A stretch of DNA of 64,000 bases from Bugula neritina (Eukaryota > Animalia > Bryozoa). The notes below the pieces were generated by a model. The model was not told the DNA's origin and did no database searches. It saw nothing but the letters and a program-made list of their open reading frames with translations. Position 1 is the stretch's first letter; each line of letters opens with the position of its first letter. Positions 60,560-64,000 of this stretch are shown piece after piece. Location of the stretch: assembly GCA_964035545.1 (NCBI GenBank), contig OZ037765.1, forward strand, positions 4,350,698 to 4,414,697, in the 5' to 3' direction. The position numbers and the translations under genes are program-made.

Positions 60560-63500
60560 ATGATTCGAAATAATTATAATGTTGATATGTCCGTTCCTGG
60601 CCTACCTCAAAGTCCTAAGAGACCAGCAGGTAAATACAGGGTCTTTACTTAAATTTACTTTATTAGTGTATCGAATTAGTAATTACTTATTAGGCTTAAG
60701 TAAAATTAAACATTTCTAGCAACTTTCCATGTTTATTCTAAATTCAGTTCAAGTTTTAATTGTAGTTCAGCTTTCATTGATAAAATGATTTAGGCTTTGA
60801 TGTGAGAATAGTGTATAAATTAGTGATGGGAATATCAAACATAATGTAATGTAGCAATAGATTTATAAATAATAATTTATTCTTCTGATACCATCAATGT
60901 AGTTCATTGAAGAGATCTCTTTGACTGTATTTTATAAAAAAGATATTTAATTAAATTTTACTTGCTCTGCTAGCTCAACTTGATAAAACCCTACTAGTAG
61001 TTGCTGTATGTTTTGCAGCATTGGTAGCTAGGCCTCGCAGTGGTGGCTCGGAATCCTCTTTCAATTTTGACATGCCAAAGACACCACATTTTGACCAGGT
61101 TATTGATTTTTTTTGCTCTACTTACACATTTCTCATCTATATCAGTTTAATTCTTATTTCATACTTACAATAATAGCTTTTTATTAACGTTCTTAGCATG
61201 CAAAACAGTATAATAGGATACTTTATAGTATTCAATTGGTTATAAATAAATAGTAAATTGATTTTTAATATCTTTTCAGTAGCATTACAATCTAGTTACA
61301 TGTGAAAAGCTGTGACTGTTTAAATTTTTCTTGTTTGGATAAATTTGTAAATATTTGCTTTAGTATTAAACAATTATTTGATTTTTCAGATATCTTCAGT
61401 ATCTTCAGCAGCTATGAATGGCTCATTTGATCTCCCAAAGTCACTACATGGCTCCAATTCATCTTTGTTCAGAAATAATCTCACCTCATCTCATTCTACT
61501 TCAAGTTCCAACCACATGAATTTTTCCCAACCCGTTGAGCCACATTCATATAGTATTACTAATGGTTACCCAGTAGACCTTGAAGAGGTTCGTCAAATGT
61601 TATAAGATTTACAAATATAAAGAAACAATTTTTCTTTACACAAACTGAAAATAATATCATTCTTCGATACCTGTTACTTCAAATCATGGTTTTCCTAGTG
61701 CTTTTTTTTAATAATTTCATTAGTTTACTTTCTATTTAATTTTCTATTGGATGTTTTTTATGCAGATTCCTAGAAATATATATAGATTCTCAGCTGATAA
61801 TATGTTTTATATTTCAAATAGTGACATTATTTTTTGATGGAAAACATTGATTTATCTTCAGGAGATATATGTGTTTGTGGAACCTCTAAATAGACGTCTT
61901 TGTTGTCCTGTTTGTTCCCAAGTATTTAAAGATCCAGTCATTACAACTTGTGGGGTGAGTATTCAGTAAAGTTGTGTATCAATGCTTATTTTGCATCAAT
62001 TTTCCTGAACATAATTGAATTGATATAAAAGTCATAAACTAAATAACATAAATTGATGATAACTTGATAACTGAATTTCTTTTTAGCACACGTTCTGCAA
62101 GGTCTGTGTCCAGAAGAGCGTAAATGAGGTGTGTCCTATAGACATGAAACCCTCAAAGTACATAGTAGATAATATAGCACTGAGTGAACAGATTGGTGAA
62201 CTCGTTGTACGTTGTAAGTACGGGTGTAAGAAATCTACCTCCCACCTAGGAGAGTATGTAGCTGACGAGAGTGGTTGTCCTGTCACTTTGAAAATATCTG
62301 AGCGTTACAGTCATGAGAAGCACTGCGACTTCTCTATCATGTCTTGTCCAAATAGTCGAGACTGTCCACAGCTTCTTAGAAAGGTAAAGCTCACTATTAT
62401 AAAAATCAGAACTCTACCCTACCTCTAACAAGTTATCACTGGAACTAGGGCTTTATTTTGAACAAGGAATTTTCACGATCTGCTCAGCTCATTTTTTCTA
62501 CCAATATCTGATTTTATAAATTTTTAAGTTTCACAGTTTTCGAGGGAAAATGTTATTCTACAAATTTTTTTCCCAGTTCTAATGTTTTTTTTCTTGAGAT
62601 TTCCTTTGCCGATCAACCATCATGTATTGCAATATAAATTCTACGTGGAGTGAAGTTTGGTTCTTTAACCAGAGTAGTTATAGTGATGTTTCCTCACTTT
62701 ATAACTCGGAGGCGTGTAAAGTTTCAACTACTTTGTTGTAGGATTTAGAGTCACACCTGCAGACTTGTACATACTTTGCGTGTCCTAATCAGAAAAATGG
62801 GTGAGTGGATAATCAAACATCTGCATTTTGTATGCAGCACCTTGACAAGCGTACAAAGGTGTTTTTGATTCTTTTTAATCTTCCATCTGCCACTGTTTTT
62901 TTAAAATTAGTTGTTGAAATTATAATATTTACCTCTATTGACAGATTAACAGCTTTGATCATCTCCAGAGTATTATAACCTCTACGAGATGACTCACTGC
63001 ACTATAAATGTAACTGCATGTATACAACTGATCTTATTTGTAGATTGTGAGTTCACAGTTTTAGTTTGAGCACTATTTGTCAATACATCAATACATATCG
63101 TGTTTGTTTATTCTGCAGATGCGACTTTGTTGGTTCTCGGCACAGTTTATCAGAGCACGTTGCTCTCTGTTCATACAACAGTCTCAAAGGAAGTTCTGAA
63201 GGTGAAAGCCGTCTAGACAAAATTAAACAGGAGAATAAGTCAGCCCGGGAAGACATCGACTTCCTGTTCACGTCTTTAAGAGGTCTCAACCAGAGATTCG
63301 AACAAATGGAAGCTGAAAAAGAAAAAATGGAAGCTGAACACGAAAGTATGGTTTTACTTTGATTATTTATTATCCTATCTTGAAAGGATTTTTTGTTTTC
63401 AATTTATTATAGTGCTGCTGATTCTATGAATTTATAAGTTTATCTAAAAAGCCTTTCAATCTTTGAAATCATGTCAATATAACTTCATATTTCTAAAGAA

Positions 63501-63881
63501 AATCTTTGTCTAAATTTTGATGCTAGTTATTGGTCAAATAAGTAACCAAGTTTGTATTTGATATGCAGCAAAAGCTTTTCACTATTTTTTTTAATAAAAT
63601 CATTATTTTGGATATTCTCAAAACTTAGTGTTGCTTTTCAATAAACATATCTTAATTATATAATAAAATGCTGTTTGGACATCTTTTGTTACATATTTTT
63701 CATTATTGTTGCACCTTTGAGTTGAATGTTTTAATTATTTTTTATGTTGAATTGTGCTGTCATTATATATCTCAGTAATTGTATTCTAGAGCTAATAGAT
63801 CATGTGAACAAAATGGCATCAGCCCTAGATGAAGCTCACAAAGAGATCATTATGGGGAGAAACGAAAGACAAGTGATAATG
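60560..63881 (+). CDS. TRAF7: TRAF7-like RING/zinc-finger E3 ligase, N-terminal part (WD40 C-terminus expected beyond the window)
   Basis: Exons 60560/60587-60629, 61019-61098, 61390-61587, 61862-61954, 62087-62383, 62742-62800, 63119-63350, 63790-63881: [26 protein letters not shown]...CPID...[19 protein letters not shown]...[20 protein letters not shown]...CPN...CPQLLR, then a coiled coil. Confidence 0.9.
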
Positions 63882-64000
63882 GTATAATACTTACCATGGA
63901 ATACCATGTTGTGATACCTATAGGCAACTCCCTGAATCATCATGATTAATACCCAAGTTTGCTTTCAGCCTAAAACTAAAACTGTTTTGGATTTCAGATT

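Overview
AT-rich, intron-dense eukaryotic DNA from an invertebrate animal; the taxon cannot be fixed from the sequence alone. Manual splicing gives the gene order ACMSD(-, truncated at the left edge), FDFT1(+), CCDC191(-), SMYD4(-), nucleobindin NUCB(+), STUB1/CHIP(+), two unannotated tandem Cys-rich genes with a C-terminal TM (+), GNS(-) and TRAF7(+, truncated at the right edge). Three of these pairs are head-to-head. Introns carry tRNA-derived SINE copies, a hAT-like MITE, another dispersed repeat and many mini/microsatellites. Most ORF-track entries are exon fragments, wrong frames or repeat artefacts. Main observations: (1) the nucleobindin gene has two independent pairs of duplicated, apparently mutually exclusive exons, one swapping the nesfatin-1-like core and one the EF-hand-1 entry segment, plus a GKR micro-exon; (2) two orphan paralogues share exon phases and a basic/Cys-rich/tail-anchor architecture; (3) degenerate 6-bp-periodic DNA flanks the 5' end of every conserved gene; (4) several minisatellites start exactly at, and copy, splice sites. 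All coordinates were read by hand and may be off by a few bases.
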